Source: Pecten maximus (lineage: Eukaryota). Taken from it: DNA of 64,000 nucleotides. Positions 14,219 through 27,681 of this stretch are shown here, one piece after another; the first letter of the stretch is position 1, and each line of letters begins with the position of its first letter. The notes below the pieces were generated by a model. It had not been told where the DNA came from, ran no database searches, and worked only from the letters and a program-made list of their open reading frames with translations. The stretch lies in the NCBI RefSeq assembly GCF_902652985.1, contig NC_047026.1, positions 13,082,001 through 13,146,000 of the forward strand. The letters are read 5' to 3'. A program made the translations under genes and the position numbers.

Positions 14219-14343
14219 AATCTGATAAAAATCATATCTTGATCTGCAACCCCATTCCTCAAACTACACCCAGCTATGCCAAGTAACGATATGGCGGGTT
14301 TATGGAACGGGAATGCAAATCAAGATATGATTTTAATCAGATT
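14219..14343. mobile_element. Palindromic MITE
   Basis: AATCTGATAAAAATCATATCTTGAT ... ATCAAGATATGATTTTAATCAGATT. Confidence 0.65.
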
Positions 14344-14651
14344 AATATAATTACCTGCAGTATTTTTTCTTATGTGGTTTTAGTGCGACCTTTGACCCTT
14401 TAATCTCGACTGATAACCATCAAAATCTAACCATGTGTAGAACATGATAGTATGTTATGGTGTGAATATGAACTATATCTGTAGAGTGATTCACGAGAAA
14501 ACTTACACACAAGATTGGGTAATGGACAGAACTCACTACTATAACACACTCGCATACAGAGGCACAGACAAAGTGATTACTTTTTACCAATCTTTACAAA
14601 GTGCTGGTATAATAATACAGAAAAAACACAGGTAGAAGTTTATACCAGCAC

Positions 14652-15073
14652 CAATCTAATTGAAACCTAGATGGTCATTCTCACTATGTTACATGAACAT
14701 CAAACAATATTGCATAAGGGGTCACGTTCTGATGACCTTTGAGATATGTGTATTTCACTCTCTGGGCGAATTGTCAATTTGTCGATGTCATCAAAGCAAT
14801 ACACGCATCTGAAGCAAACCATTTCGGCACAGCATGTATATACATGTAGCTATATGCTTTCTGTGACGAAATGACTTGAAACAAATTGACAGATTATGCA
14901 AGCTATGCACTATAGTCATGCTAATTCGGACACATAAAATTCACTTCCAATATTCTGGAAGTAGTCATTTGATTGGCTAATCCAAAAGGTCACCCCGACG
15001 TGACCACTTATGGGATGTTGTTAGAGGTTCATAGAACGTAGTGAAAATGACCATCTAGATTTTAATTAGATTG
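14652..15073. mobile_element. MITE with ~75-bp imperfect TIRs
   Basis: CAATCTAATTGAAACCTAGATGGTCATTCTCACTATGTT... mirrored by ...AACGTAGTGAAAATGACCATCTAGATTTTAATTAGATTG. Confidence 0.75.
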
Positions 15074-15265
15074 TACCAGAACATATCTATATCTAGGTTG
15101 ATTTTGTGCAGTCCAACTCGACTCTGGCGCCAAAATGTTTCCAAGATGACCAATTGCAATATTTTTTTCTGTTAGAAAGTACAGATCTATGAATAGCCTA
15201 ATACTATGAATTATATTCATGTTCCATATTTAATAGTTCCCCATCCTTATCTTCATACTTTTATC

Positions 15266-15452
15266 CAGGGGCCTGTTCGTTTATGCAGACAAACAGGTTT
15301 GTCAGTTTTTAAATGTTATATTTCAAACATATATCTTGACAGACCTGCAAAAGTTAATACAGACCTTGGAAGTGACAAGTCTTTGTCAAGACTCGTGTGA
15401 AAACAATATAAAATCACCAGGTCCGTCTTAATTTCATAAACGAACTACACCT
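15266..15452. mobile_element. MITE
   Basis: GTTCGTTTATG / CATAAACGAAC inverted termini and an internal TCTTGACA...TGTCAAGA palindrome. Confidence 0.55.
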
Positions 15453-15816
15453 ATCTAACTGGTCCAACCGTTTGGACAGCAAAAACGAAAACGGCCCAGG
15501 TGTACAATCTGAATGTTTATCACTGATCTAGCTTGTTATGTATAAACATAAATGGCGTTGACAAGTAAACCCACTGTGAAGTACATAACGGCCAATTTAT
15601 AATGTTGCTTTTTTAAAAGAACTTTTTTCATGGTTAATAGCTTCTGGCTCTAATATCAAATTTGACAGCAACTAAGCATTACTCCAATCATGGTTTTAAA
15701 ATGCAAAGAAAAGTTGATAAGAAATTTAATTATAATCTTTACCAGAACCGTTTAGCAATATCATATCACAACAATCGTTTTACACAATTGAAAATCTGCA
15801 AAACCATTACAGAATA

Positions 15817-18800
15817 TCACGCTGACACTTCCGCGGCCTGAGAGCTGGATAGGGAGGTGGTGTCGGGGTTGAGATTGATCAGTCTGTTACTGGACTCAGC
15901 CAGTTCTACAATAGATACACGGCCATGCTGTTTGATGTGTTTAGCTATTGTCTGTAGTTCCTCTACTGTGATGTAAATAAATTTTCCTCTATCATCGATG
16001 ACCCCGGTAAGACGTCCCTCAGCCACAAGATCATGAACCCGGTCAATGGCATCCTTGATTAAAATAGTAAGATTGAATCAAATCATGCTGTACATAGAAA
16101 TCCTTATGGAGTTATCATTCTTATCAATAATGTTTGATTTTACCTAGTGGAAAATTGATTATGGATTTTCCTGTCTAGGAAATTAATGTGATATATGAGG
16201 TGTATATCGGGACAACAAGCCAAGTAATATGATTGGTTAATACTTACAATTACAAAGGATCAATTTACATGTTTCAAATACACCTTTCACTTGTCAAAAA
16301 AAAACTCACTTGTGTTCTGATTTTGAAGTGTGAAGCCAAATCCTCAAGCATAACCACTTTTGATGTCTGGAAAATTAAAAAGAATGATTAGTTTTATAAG
16401 CAATTTTGCTACTTCAAAGTAAATTTTAAAGAAATGAAAAAAAAAAAAAAAAAGTCCCTTTCCATCATATCGAAACTACAGGTAATTTTAAAATTTCATT
16501 ACATCACCGTAACATTCACCCAACAGATGAAATCAGGTTCTTTTCAAGTTTATAACTCTAATATGATTATATCAATTATAGATTAAAAAGTTTGCTTTTT
16601 TCATTTCTTTATCTCCTTCATCAAACAGAATATCTTACCTTGATGTGATCTATGAACTCCTGTAGCAGTGACTGGGACTAAAGTGTGAAGAAGAATGTCA
16701 TTAGTTGTGTGTAAAATTGTATCTGGAGAGGTTCAGAGGATTAGAGAAACAACAAGAGGCCCATGGGCCTTAACGGTAACCTGAGTTCTGGTATATTTTA
16801 GCATATTTGGCCCCTGTGACCTTGAATGAAGGTCAAGGTCATCCATTTGAACAAACTTTAAAGGTGCCCCAACATTTAAGTACAATAAATTTTTAACAAT
16901 ATTTATATACTGTTGTATATTTTTTATACATATTTGGCACTATTATGACCTCTAAAAGTCTAAGCTTATCTATTCATCATTTGACTTTAAAGTGAATTAA
17001 AACTTACTTTCCTTCAAAAGAAATTCAATCATGCTCTAAATGCATTTTGTACATAGATTTCAGTCTTATAAGCAATCATTAAAGGACACTGTTATTTTAT
17101 TTTTTCATTTGTTTCTGTTTATTACTAAAAGATATTTCTATATCATAGGTGCCATTTTATGCATTTTTATAAAAAGTCGGCAGTGTAGCATCTTTTAAAA
17201 TAATGATAGAAGTCCAAGCAAAGAAATGACTTGATTAAATATACAAGAACATTGAATACTACTTACATTGAGGTCAGCCTCAAGGTCAGCCTCTCCTTCA
17301 TCTTCAACAATAAAACTCTCCTTCAACTTAAGGTATTCCTCATTCTCTCGTTTTTCTTCTTCTTCCTTCCTTATCTTCTCCTCTTCTTCCTTTTTATATG
17401 TGAAAGGTAAGTAAATATATCACATGAGGTCATTACAAAGGTTACATTTTGGGGTTTGTGGAACATTGTTAATATCAAAGCAGTGGAGTACATAATACAT
17501 AACAGCAAAGGATACCGCATATGTGTGTACATATCAAGTTTATAATATAAGCAGTTTTATAAGAATCAGCTAAGTGATAGTGTATCCTACCACGATTTCT
17601 CCAATTAATCAATGACATATTTCACAATAAATGGACTTCATAATTTCAGTATCGCGTTAAAATATGATTACACTAATAACAACTTTTATTGTATACTATT
17701 TCTACAGCGGTCAGCATAGTAGTTCACCACTGTGATAATCTGTGAAGCTTTGGTAATACACTATGAGTATGACCATGTGATAAATTATTGATTAACTAAG
17801 ATTTTCTTAATTAATCAATTGCATTTGTTTTAATTTTCTTTTCCATACATTTTTATCTACTGAGGCAATACATGGTGTTGTATGTACATGTATATAATGT
17901 GCTACCTCTCCTACTATAGTAATTATGATGAGTATGCTGCTGTATCTGTTTATGTGATACAGAAAGTTAAATACTTTACGTCATTGCAACCCTCCATAAC
18001 TTTAAGTTTCTCTTTTTATCTTTGAAATTCTGAGTGTATAAATGATCAATTGCATCTTATAGGAATTCCGTTGTACCCTATATTTAGTAAATAACATTCA
18101 GTCTTATAAATGACTGATAATTAATGCTGTTGCTCGTTCACTGAAAGGCTGAAAAGACAAAATAGCGGATGCTAAACCCATTTATAATAAAAAAAATTCT
18201 GTTCTCACATTTTTTATTTGTGTTATATTTACATTTATTTTTATTATGAAGGTGCCGTTTTATGCAATTTTGTAACAAGCAGTTTATTCATTAATGATCA
18301 TTTGGTTGTGGCCTCATGAAAATTCTTAACATTTTTGGGATACCTTTATTTTGTTTTCTGCCTTTTCTCTTTCCTCTTCCTCCTTTCTCTGTTTTTCAAG
18401 AAGCTGTTCCCTTTTCTTCTTTTCTTCTCTCTCTTCTTCCATCATCTGCAAATAAAGAGAATGTTGTTCAAAACTGAAATAAATCTAGGGGTTGTCTTTT
18501 AACAAGCATTTCGGTGATCAAGCTTAAGTTGTTTACCACCAGTGGCATTCCATTGAAATAACAATACTGCAACATTATATCAGTGCTATGTTTATTGGTT
18601 TATTTTGTTTGACGTCCTATTAATGGCCAGGATCATTTAAGGATGCGCCAGGTTCTGGAGGTGGAGGAAAGAGTACCTGGAGAAAAACCACCCAACTAGG
18701 GTCAGTACCTGGCAACTGCCCCATGTGTAAAGTAAATTTCCTCACCAGTCTCTGTTCTTTCTTCTCTGCCTTGGCTTGTTGTTTTGCTTCCCACTTCTTG

Positions 18801-21484
18801 CCCTTTCCAGATGGTCTAACATCTTCAAATTTAAATGTGCCATCTTCTCCCTCTACATCCAAATCAGATGAATCACTCCCAGCATCTGTAATAAAATATG
18901 TTCACTTTTCAATACTTTGTGAAGATATAGCATTTGGTGGGCTTGTAACACAGTCAGGGCTCAAAGTGGCGCCTATTTTAGTGGCCATGGCGCCTTAAAT
19001 TCACCATTGGCATCCAGTTATTGACCTATAAGGTGCCTGCATGGCCACTAAAAAAGTTTTGTAAATTTGCAATTTGGTTAATCTTTCAAAGGTTTCAGTC
19101 TATGCTAAAATGACATTCACAATTGAAAAAGTTACAGAGAGATGTTATAATGATCTAAAGAATTAAAAGATCCTATTTAATGTAAGGCAACTTGGCCGGG
19201 CGACTAACTTTTCCAATTGGCGCCAAGATTTTATGACTTGGTAGCCAAATAGGCCATCTGGTTAAAATATCCACTTTGAGCCCTGCACAACATATGATAT
19301 AGAGGATATCTAACAGTGTCTTCAGTAATACCAAATATATTTCACGAGTGGGGCTGATATTTTGATATTTTTCACGAGTGCGCAGCACGAGTGAAAAGTA
19401 TCAAAATATTAGCCACACGAGTGAAATATATTTGGTATTTCTGAAGACGCTGTTAGATATTCTGTTTATTACATTTTTTATCAACGAAAAACAACCTCGT
19501 ATGCTAACTAGGCCTACAGTTCCCTAAAAAAAGTAGTTCCCCCTGTCCAGGTGCTGACATATATGTCGGGCTTTCTGATTGGTCAATTATTTTGGTATTT
19601 TCTAATCATTAATTTGATTGGTCAAATCAGCAAAAGTGATATTTTTCACTAGTGAAAAATATCACTTTTATAGAATGAATAATTTTTGATATTTCACTGG
19701 TAAAAATGTAATAAAAACATGTCTTAACCTATATTTAACACATTTCTAAGTGTTATAAATTACAGACATAAGACTCCAGACTTTCAGCAATCCAAAAATA
19801 AGCTTTGAATCCTGATTGAAGGAACATGTTAACTTGATAAGGGGTATATTGAGGAAAGTCATTTATACTTTTCCTAAGAAAAACTTCTAAAATTCTTAAA
19901 TGTCAAGGGTAAACTGGAATCTCTATTAGACTGAATTAAATCATGAAATAGGAAACTATTTGGGCAGGTAACGTGTGTTGGTTACCAGAGTCATTGTTTC
20001 GCTGCTGCATCCTCCCTCGTCTTGGAGCTCGTCGACGCACCCCTCCAGGTGGAACATTTTCACCTCCACGCCGACCAGCAACTGGCCGTTGATCTTGTTG
20101 TTCATTTTTTTTGTCTGTAAAATTTAGAATGTTGATCTGTTATCACAATCTACAGATATTATTCATGCTATTGTATTTATCCTCAAATAAACCCCTAAAT
20201 GCATAAGCTTAGTATGAAAGTTTGGGGAGGGCTTATTTGTGAATCACTTACTATTTTGAAAGTAATGATTTTTGTAAAAAATTAAAAGGGGCTTATTTGT
20301 GGAAAATTATGGTGATAAATATTCCTTGAACTATAAAGGTTGTTTCTGTTTGGGATTTAAAGAAATCTTTGAAGTTCTTGTATCAATAACAATTAATGAT
20401 TAATTATAAAGATACACAAGTTCTTGAGATAATTCTAAGTCAATTACTATAATGATTATCTACATGTCCAAATCATCGATGATTTTGCACCCATCAGGAG
20501 AATATCCTTGGTGCGCGATTCACATTTGTCAAAAGTGTCAAATTCTTTCCTGCAAGAACAATAGCTACTATAGAAAGGCCTTGAAGTAGCAGAAAAGTAC
20601 TATAATCAAAAGTGTCAAATTTTTTTTTGTCGCTCATAAGTTATAGCTATAGCAGAACTGGACTGGGCTAAATGGTGGAGGTGGCTCAGGCCTGTGGGTA
20701 GCTCGAATGATTAAAGGGTTCATCTGGAGTTTGAAGGTCCTTGGTGATGTCTAGATTTCTGGTGTCAGGGCCAGAGGAAACTTGTTTAAAACCAGAGGTA
20801 AAACAGGTAAAATTGTTCTAGCTACATACACGGTATGTAGGATGAGCTAAATATGCAAAGACAATGCCTGGGTTAAAACCAACAAATAAATCACCAAAAC
20901 ACTAAAGCATTTGATTAGTAAATATATCAAATAGCTAAAAGAATATAATGACTAGTTGGACCATAGGCACATGTATCTGGTAATTAATTTAGCTCTGGTG
21001 TTAATTACCAGATACAAGTGCCTATTGTTGGACTTGCATTTTGTTGTTTTCTTTCACAACTTAAACTTCTAATTTTTCGATTTAATTTTTGTATCTGCCA
21101 TTTATACTTTTAATTTCTATGAAACATTTGATGGAGGGCACCACACCGACTATGGTAAATAGGAATTAGGACTAGTGCGCAGCCACGTGTCTGTTTGTTG
21201 GATAACTTAAGTTCTGTTAATTGCGATAATGTATATATCATATTTATATATATGGACGATAGGTGATCTACTTCTGACGGACGGTCGAGCCGGAAAGTAG
21301 TGTAACAATACAGTATGAATATATTCGTTCTGCATATTCCGTCACACATATCAAAATAATGAGGCTCAAATAATGACAGTTTACCTTTTTTCCTTGTCTT
21401 CAAAAATACGGATATGATGACAAGTGCTACAGCTATAACAGCAACTACAGCAATGTAGGCAGTAAATGGATCCACTGGAGCCAT
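15817..21484 (-). CDS. DDRGK1: DDRGK domain-containing protein 1 (UFBP1, UFM1 E3 adaptor), 308 aa
   Basis: Exons 21385-21484 (N-terminal TM anchor [20 protein letters not shown]), 19986-20114, 18746-18885, 18344-18445, 17267-17389 ([16 protein letters not shown]), 16639-16677, 16310-16366 ([17 protein letters not shown]) and 15817-16053 ([15 protein letters not shown]). All phases are compatible. Confidence 0.95.
16750..16870. mobile_element. Helentron-like terminal fragment
   Basis: AACAAGAGGCCCATGGGCCTTAACGGTAACCTGAG followed by TGACCTTGAATGAAGGTCAAGGTCA. Confidence 0.5.
18590..18728 (-). mobile_element. 5'-truncated tRNA-derived SINE (same family as 50022-50232)
   Basis: Aligns with the 50.0-kb copy: GACGTCCTATTAA...GGAGGTGGAGGAAAG...GGTCAGTACCTGGCAACTGCCCCA. 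Confidence 0.75.
18955..19285. mobile_element. MITE with 15-bp perfect TIRs (hAT-like CAGGG ends)
   Basis: CAGGGCTCAAAGTGG ... CCACTTTGAGCCCTG. No exact TSD visible. Confidence 0.8.
19297..19714. mobile_element. Non-autonomous element with a large 5' palindrome (Crypton-like architecture)
   Basis: A ~160-bp hairpin centred on CACGAGTGCGCAGCACGAGTG; starts ATATAGAGGATAT and ends AAATGTAATAAA. A related fragment lies at ~21908-22002. Confidence 0.6.
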
Positions 21485-21640
21485 ACTTGTCTTTTTGTTG
21501 ACGTATAATGATTATTGCAACATATGGTTGTTTTTTACCGGAAATCAACAGTGACTCAGTAATTTTCGAATGTAAACGGAATCCGGAAAAATAACCAACC
21601 CATAGTTGTGTCCCTTCGTCCACATTGAAATGCAAATAGT
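21485..21640 (-). promoter_or_regulatory. DDRGK1 proximal promoter / 5' UTR
   Basis: ETS-like CCGGAA motifs (~21538, ~21583) immediately upstream of the ATG. Confidence 0.4.
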
Positions 21641-22012
21641 CAGCGCTGAGTCAGATAAACCATAAAATAATCTTTGTATGGTATTTTGTTAATTTTCAAT
21701 GATGATCCCGGTGTTAAAAATAATGTAGCTGTTTCTGAATTAAAAGAATTTAGCATAAGACACCCATTTTAAGATAAAAACTACTGGCGTGATGAGGTAG
21801 TTGAAATTTACAACTGAATATATCTTTCCTGGTCCTTTGACAATTTCAGTACGAAATAAAAAAAAAAGTGTAAGAACATGTTTAACGTGTTGATATAATT
21901 TAAAACAATATAAAGAGGATATTGAATGGTTTCCCATTGAATATAACATATTTCACGAGCATGCATGACAGAATATCCATATTTTCAGGAGTGCGAGTGC
22001 GACCTTGTCCAG

Positions 22013-22805
22013 TACGAAAGCCTATAAGTGCAAATAAGCAAAAATATAGTTAATTGATACACGTAATAACGCAAAAAAAAAATCACGAAATAACGCAAAT
22101 CGAAACACGTAATAACGCGGGAAAAAAACACGTAATAACGCGAAAAAATCACGAAATAAACGCAAATCGAAACACGTAATAACGCGAAAAAAACACGCAA
22201 AAAATCACGTAATAACGCGAAAAAAAACCCCACGTAATAACGCGAAAAAAAAACACGTAATAACGCGCAAAAAAATTACGAAATAACGCAAATCGACTTT
22301 GAAGCACTAAGAAAGAAAAAAGATTTCTTAATTAACCATATCTAACGCTTGTCATTTGTTTGATACATAGCCCATTGACACCCAGAATATTTCAAAATGA
22401 TTTATGATGATCAACAAGTCTTTTTTTTTCTTTTTTTTTCTTTTGAATTCAGAAAATAACTTAATAGTGCTTTAGTTGTTGAGGTTTTGATATATCAAAT
22501 ATTATCAACTTTTTCGATTATGAATAACATTAAAACAAACTTTCATGTGTGTTTGCTATTGCAAAATAGTCACATGCTGATGTATAGAAAATGATAAACA
22601 CATGCATAATTATTTGTTATAGACATCCATCGACAGAATGTCTAAATATGTATTATACATGGGTTTATATAGGCTTAGAATACGTTATAATGTTCGCGTT
22701 ATTACGCGTTTCGATTCGCGTTATTACGTATTGTTTTTCGCGTTATAAGCAGTTTCGATTTTCCTTATTTTGTGATTTTTTTATTAACACTAATAGACTC
22801 TCGAA
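22013..22805. mobile_element. MITE with subterminal CACGTAATAACGCG repeats
   Basis: Imperfect TIRs TACGAAAGCCTATAAGTG / CACTAATAGACTCTCGAA. Direct repeats at 22060-22300 are mirrored as CGCGTTATTACG at 22690-22780. Possible 6-bp TSD GTCCAG/GTCCTG. Confidence 0.65.
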
Positions 22806-22844
22806 GTCCTGGTCCTAATGTTGGTCTGACGTTCCTTGTAAATC

Positions 22845-25800
22845 ATATCACCATCCAACATGTGAGAACGTTTAGTAACATTGTGGGGACTCCCTATATA
22901 CCATATCACTGTCCAATCTGTGAGAACGTTTAGTAACATCGTGAGGACTCCCTATATAGCATATCACTGTCCAATCTGTGAGAACGTTTAGTAACATCGT
23001 GGGGACTCCCTGTATACCATATCACTGTCCAATCTGTGAGAACGTTTAGTAACATCGCGAGGACTCCCTATATAGCATATCACTGTCCAATCTGTGAGAA
23101 CGTTTAGTAACATTGTGGGGACTCCCTGTATACCATATCACTGTCCAATCTGTGAGAACGTTTAGTAACATTGTGGGGACTCCCTGTATACCATACCACT
23201 GTTCAATCTGTGAGAACGTTTAGTAACATCATGAGGACTCCCTGTATACCATATCACTGTCCAATCTGTGAGAACGTTTAGTAACATTGTGGGGACTCCC
23301 TGTATACCATATCACTGTCCAATCTGTGAGAACCTTTTGTAACATCGTGGGGACTCCCTGTATACCATATCACTGTCCAATCTGTGAGAACGTTTAGTAA
23401 CATTGTGGGGACTTCCTGTATACCATATCACTGTCCAATCTGTGAGAACGTTTAGTAACAATGTGGGGACTCCCTGTATACCATATCACTGTCCAATCTG
23501 TGAGAACGTTTAGTAACATTGTGGGGACGCCCTGTATACCATATCACTGTCCAATCTGTGAGAACGTTTAGTAACATTATGGGGACTCCCTATATACCAT
23601 ATCACCATCCAATCTGTGAGAACGTTTAGTAACATTGTGGGGAATCCCTGTATACCATATCACTGTCCAATCTGTGAGAACGTTTAGTAACATCCTGGGG
23701 ACTCCCTATATACCATATCACTGTCCAATCTGTGATAACGTTTAGTAACATTGTGGGGAATCCCTGTATACCATATCACTGTCCAATCTGTGAGAACGTT
23801 TAGTAACATCCTGGGGACTCCCTGTATACCATATCACTGTCCAATCTGTGAGAACGTTTAGTAACATTGTGGGGACTCCCTGTATACCATATCACTGTCC
23901 AATCTGTGAGAACGTTTAGTAACATCGTGGGGACTCCCTGTATACCATATCACTGTCCAATCTGTGAGAACGTTTAGTAACATCGTGAGGACTCCCTGTA
24001 TACCATATCACTGTCCAATCTGTGAGAACGTTTAGTAACATTATGGGGACTCCCTGTATACCATATCACTGTCCAATCTGTGAGAACGTTTAGTAACATC
24101 ATGGGGACTCCCTATATACCATATCACTGTCCAATCTGTGAGAACGTTTAGTAACATTGTGGGGACTCCCTATATACCATATCACTGTCTAATCTGTGAG
24201 AACGTTTAGTAACATCGTGGGGACTCCCTGTATACCATATCACTGTCCAATCTGTGAAAACGTTTAGTAACATCATGGGGACTCCCTGTATACCATATCA
24301 CTGTCGAATCTGTGAGAACGTTTAGTAACATTGTGGGGAATCCCTGTATACCATATCACTGTCCAATCTGTGAGAACGTTTAGTAACATTATGGGGACTC
24401 CCTATATACCATATCACTGTCCAATCTGTGAGAACGTTTAGTAACATTGTGGGGACTCCCTGTATACCATATCACTGTCCAATCTGTGAGAACGTTTAGT
24501 AACATTGTGGGGACTCCCTGTATACCATATCACTGTCCAATCTGTGAGAACATTTAGTAACATCGTGAGGACTCCCTGTATACCATATCACTGTCCAATC
24601 TGTGAGAACGTTTAGTAACATTATGGGGACTCCCTGTATACCATATCACTGTCCAATCTGTGAGAACGTTTAGTAACATTATTGGGACTCCCTGTATACC
24701 ATATCACTGTCCAATCTGTGAGAACATTTAGTAACATCGTGGGGACTCCCTGTATACCATATCACTGTCCAATCTGTGAGAACGTTTAGTAACATCGTGG
24801 GGACTCCCTGTATACCATATCACTGTCCAATCTGTGAGAACGTTTAGTAACATCGTGGGGACTCCCTGTATACCATATCACTGTCCAATCTGTGAGAACG
24901 TTTAGTAACATTGTGGGGAATCCCTGTATACCATATCACTGTCCAATCTGTGAGAACGTTTAGTAATATTGTGGGGACTTCCTGTATACCATATCACTGT
25001 CCAATCTGTGAGAACGTTTAGTAACATTGTGGGGACTCCCTGTATGCCATACCACTGTCCAATCTGTGAGAACGTTTAGTAACATTATTGGGACTCCCTG
25101 TATACCATATCACTGTCCAATCTGTGAGAACGTTTAGTAACATTGTGGGGACGCCCTGTATACCATATCACTGTCCAATCTGTGAGAACGTTTAGTAACA
25201 TCGTGGGGACTCCCTGTATACCATATCACTGTCCAATCTGTGAGAACGTTTAGTAACATTGTGGGGAATCCCTGTATACCATATCACTGTCCAATCTGTG
25301 AGAACGTTTAGTAATATTGTGGGGACTTCCTGTATACCATATCACTGTCCAATCTGTGAGAACGTTAAGTAACATTGTGGGGACTCCCTGTATACCATAC
25401 CACTGTCCAATCTGTGAGAACGTTTAGTAACATTGTGGGGACTCCCTGTATACCATATCACTGTCCAATCTGTGAGAACGTTTAGTAACATTGTGGGGAC
25501 TCCCTGTATACCATACCACTGTCCAATCTGTGAGAACGTTTAGTAACATTGTTGGGACTCCCTGTATACCATACCACTGTCCAATCTGTGAGAACGTTTA
25601 GTAACATTGTGGGGACTCCCTGTATACCATATCACTGTCCAATCTGTGAGAACGTTTAGTAACATTGTGGGGACTCCCTGTATACCATATCACTGTCCAA
25701 TCTGTGAGAATGTTTAGTAACATTGTGGGGACTCCCTGTATACCATATCACTGTCCAATCTGTGAGAACGTTTAGTAATATTGTGGGGACTCCCTGTATA

Positions 25801-26120
25801 CCATATCACTGTCCAATCTGTGAGAACGTTTAGTAACATTGTGGGGACTTCCTGTATACCATACCACTGTCCAATCTGTGAGAACGTTTAGTAACATTGT
25901 TGGGATTCCCTGTATACCATATCACTGTCCAATCTGTGAGAACGTTTAGTAACATTGTGGGGAATCCCTGTATACCATATCACTGTCCAATCTGTGAGAA
26001 CGTTTAGTAACATTGTGGGGAATCCCTGTATACCATATCACTGTCCAATCTGTGAGAACGTTTAGTAACATTGTGGGGACTCCCTGTATACCATATCACT
26101 GTCCAATCTGTGAGAAATGT
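22845..26120 (+). repeat. Satellite array, 58-bp unit, about 56 copies
   Basis: Unit GAGAACGTTTAGTAACATTGTGGGGACTCCCTGTATACCATATCACTGTCCAATCTGT, highly homogeneous, degenerating out to ~26270. Confidence 0.98.
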
Positions 26121-27189
26121 TGAGCAATATTATGGGGGTTCCCTGTTTACCATTTCACTAGCTAATCTTTGAGAACAGTTAAATTTGGGGATACCCTGTA
26201 TAAATTTAGCAATATCATGGAAATTCCATGTATACGTTAATCAATATTATGGGGATTCTCTGTATAATAAGTGAAATAATGTCATATGCCGTAAGAAACG
26301 AAGGCAACTTCATGATAGCAAATTTCAGACTTTCCCCTTATAAATTATGTACATCTATCTTTAAAACTGTCCGATATACATACACATAACAATTTTAGAC
26401 ACCAGACTTGTGGCAATCTTCCTGCCATATATATTATCGATTTCACTCTACAATTGTATATATTTACGTTATTTCAAGCATTGCCTATTAAATTATATTT
26501 ATCAAGAAAGTGTTAACATATTCTTATCAATCCATTTCATGTTATTTCAATAATTTATATGATAAGCAGTGACATCATTTTTACCTGATTATAAGTTCTT
26601 GATTATATCTCGAGTGTAAAGATCGTTATTGGGCGCAGCCTTTCTCTGGAATCTCGAGCATGGTGGTTAGAGGGACCAATATGGCTTTTCGCTATAAAGA
26701 TTTTTTTACGTTAGAATACTCGAAAAGTAAAAATGCAGGTAAAGTCGACTCCTAGACGTTTTCTGGGTGTCTCTAGATTTCTTAATACTGCTGACTTTTT
26801 ATCGAATAAATCAAAGGTATTCGACGTTCAGATAGGATTTTTTTAAATTTCTTTTTTATTTTCTTCACTGTATTTTGCTTAATAGCAAATTGTTAATAAG
26901 TTAATAGATATCGAGCTTACTTTTTAAAAGCGTCATCCCGATATGAATTATCATACCGTGGTCGGGTTGAAACAATTTATGGAAATAAAAAAAAAGTTTT
27001 TGCGTTGATTAGGAATAAACGTCTGGTATGCAACTTGGCATTAAAACAATTTTGAATTAAAGAATATCACAACCAACGAATCCGGTCCTTGTGAAATGTC
27101 AAACCCCGAAAAACGTCAATTTCCAGTCCTCGTGACTCCTGTGTTCAAGAACAATGTGCAACAAAGAAAACAAGCAAAATGATAAAATT

Positions 27190-27645
27190 CAATAATTTAT
27201 TATAACAATATAAGTTCGGATCGACAGGTTAGGAAGAAACAGTTCGGAAGTAATAAAATAAATAAATAATTTATATCTACATTTATGTGAAACATTCGGG
27301 CTGTTTCTGTAGGCTTCTTCACCTCGCGCTCTCATTCTTCCTTTTCTCTTTGTCACATCTTCTTTCACTCATACCCTTTATTGTGTATATATATCACTCA
27401 AGTCACAGTAATACACTGTTTTTATCCATTTTCCCTTTCCATCGTTCCCTATTATCTCCCTCATTCGATATTTCATTCTGGGCCTTTCTCTCCTTCGCTC
27501 CTATCATTCTCATTCTATCTGTATTTATCATCCACGTTTCTCTCACTATTTTCTCTCCTTCGCTTTTTCTCTTACTTCAATCAGACCTTGTGTTACGGAT
27601 ATTTACATCTTAATGTATCATCTAGTACATGCAAACACAATATAG

Positions 27646-27681
<36 letters not shown>

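Noticed and set aside
22845-26120. CRISPR-like regular array
   Set aside because: Units are contiguous with no unique spacers, there are no cas genes, and the context is eukaryotic. The same applies to 8364-9792 and 40474-41618.
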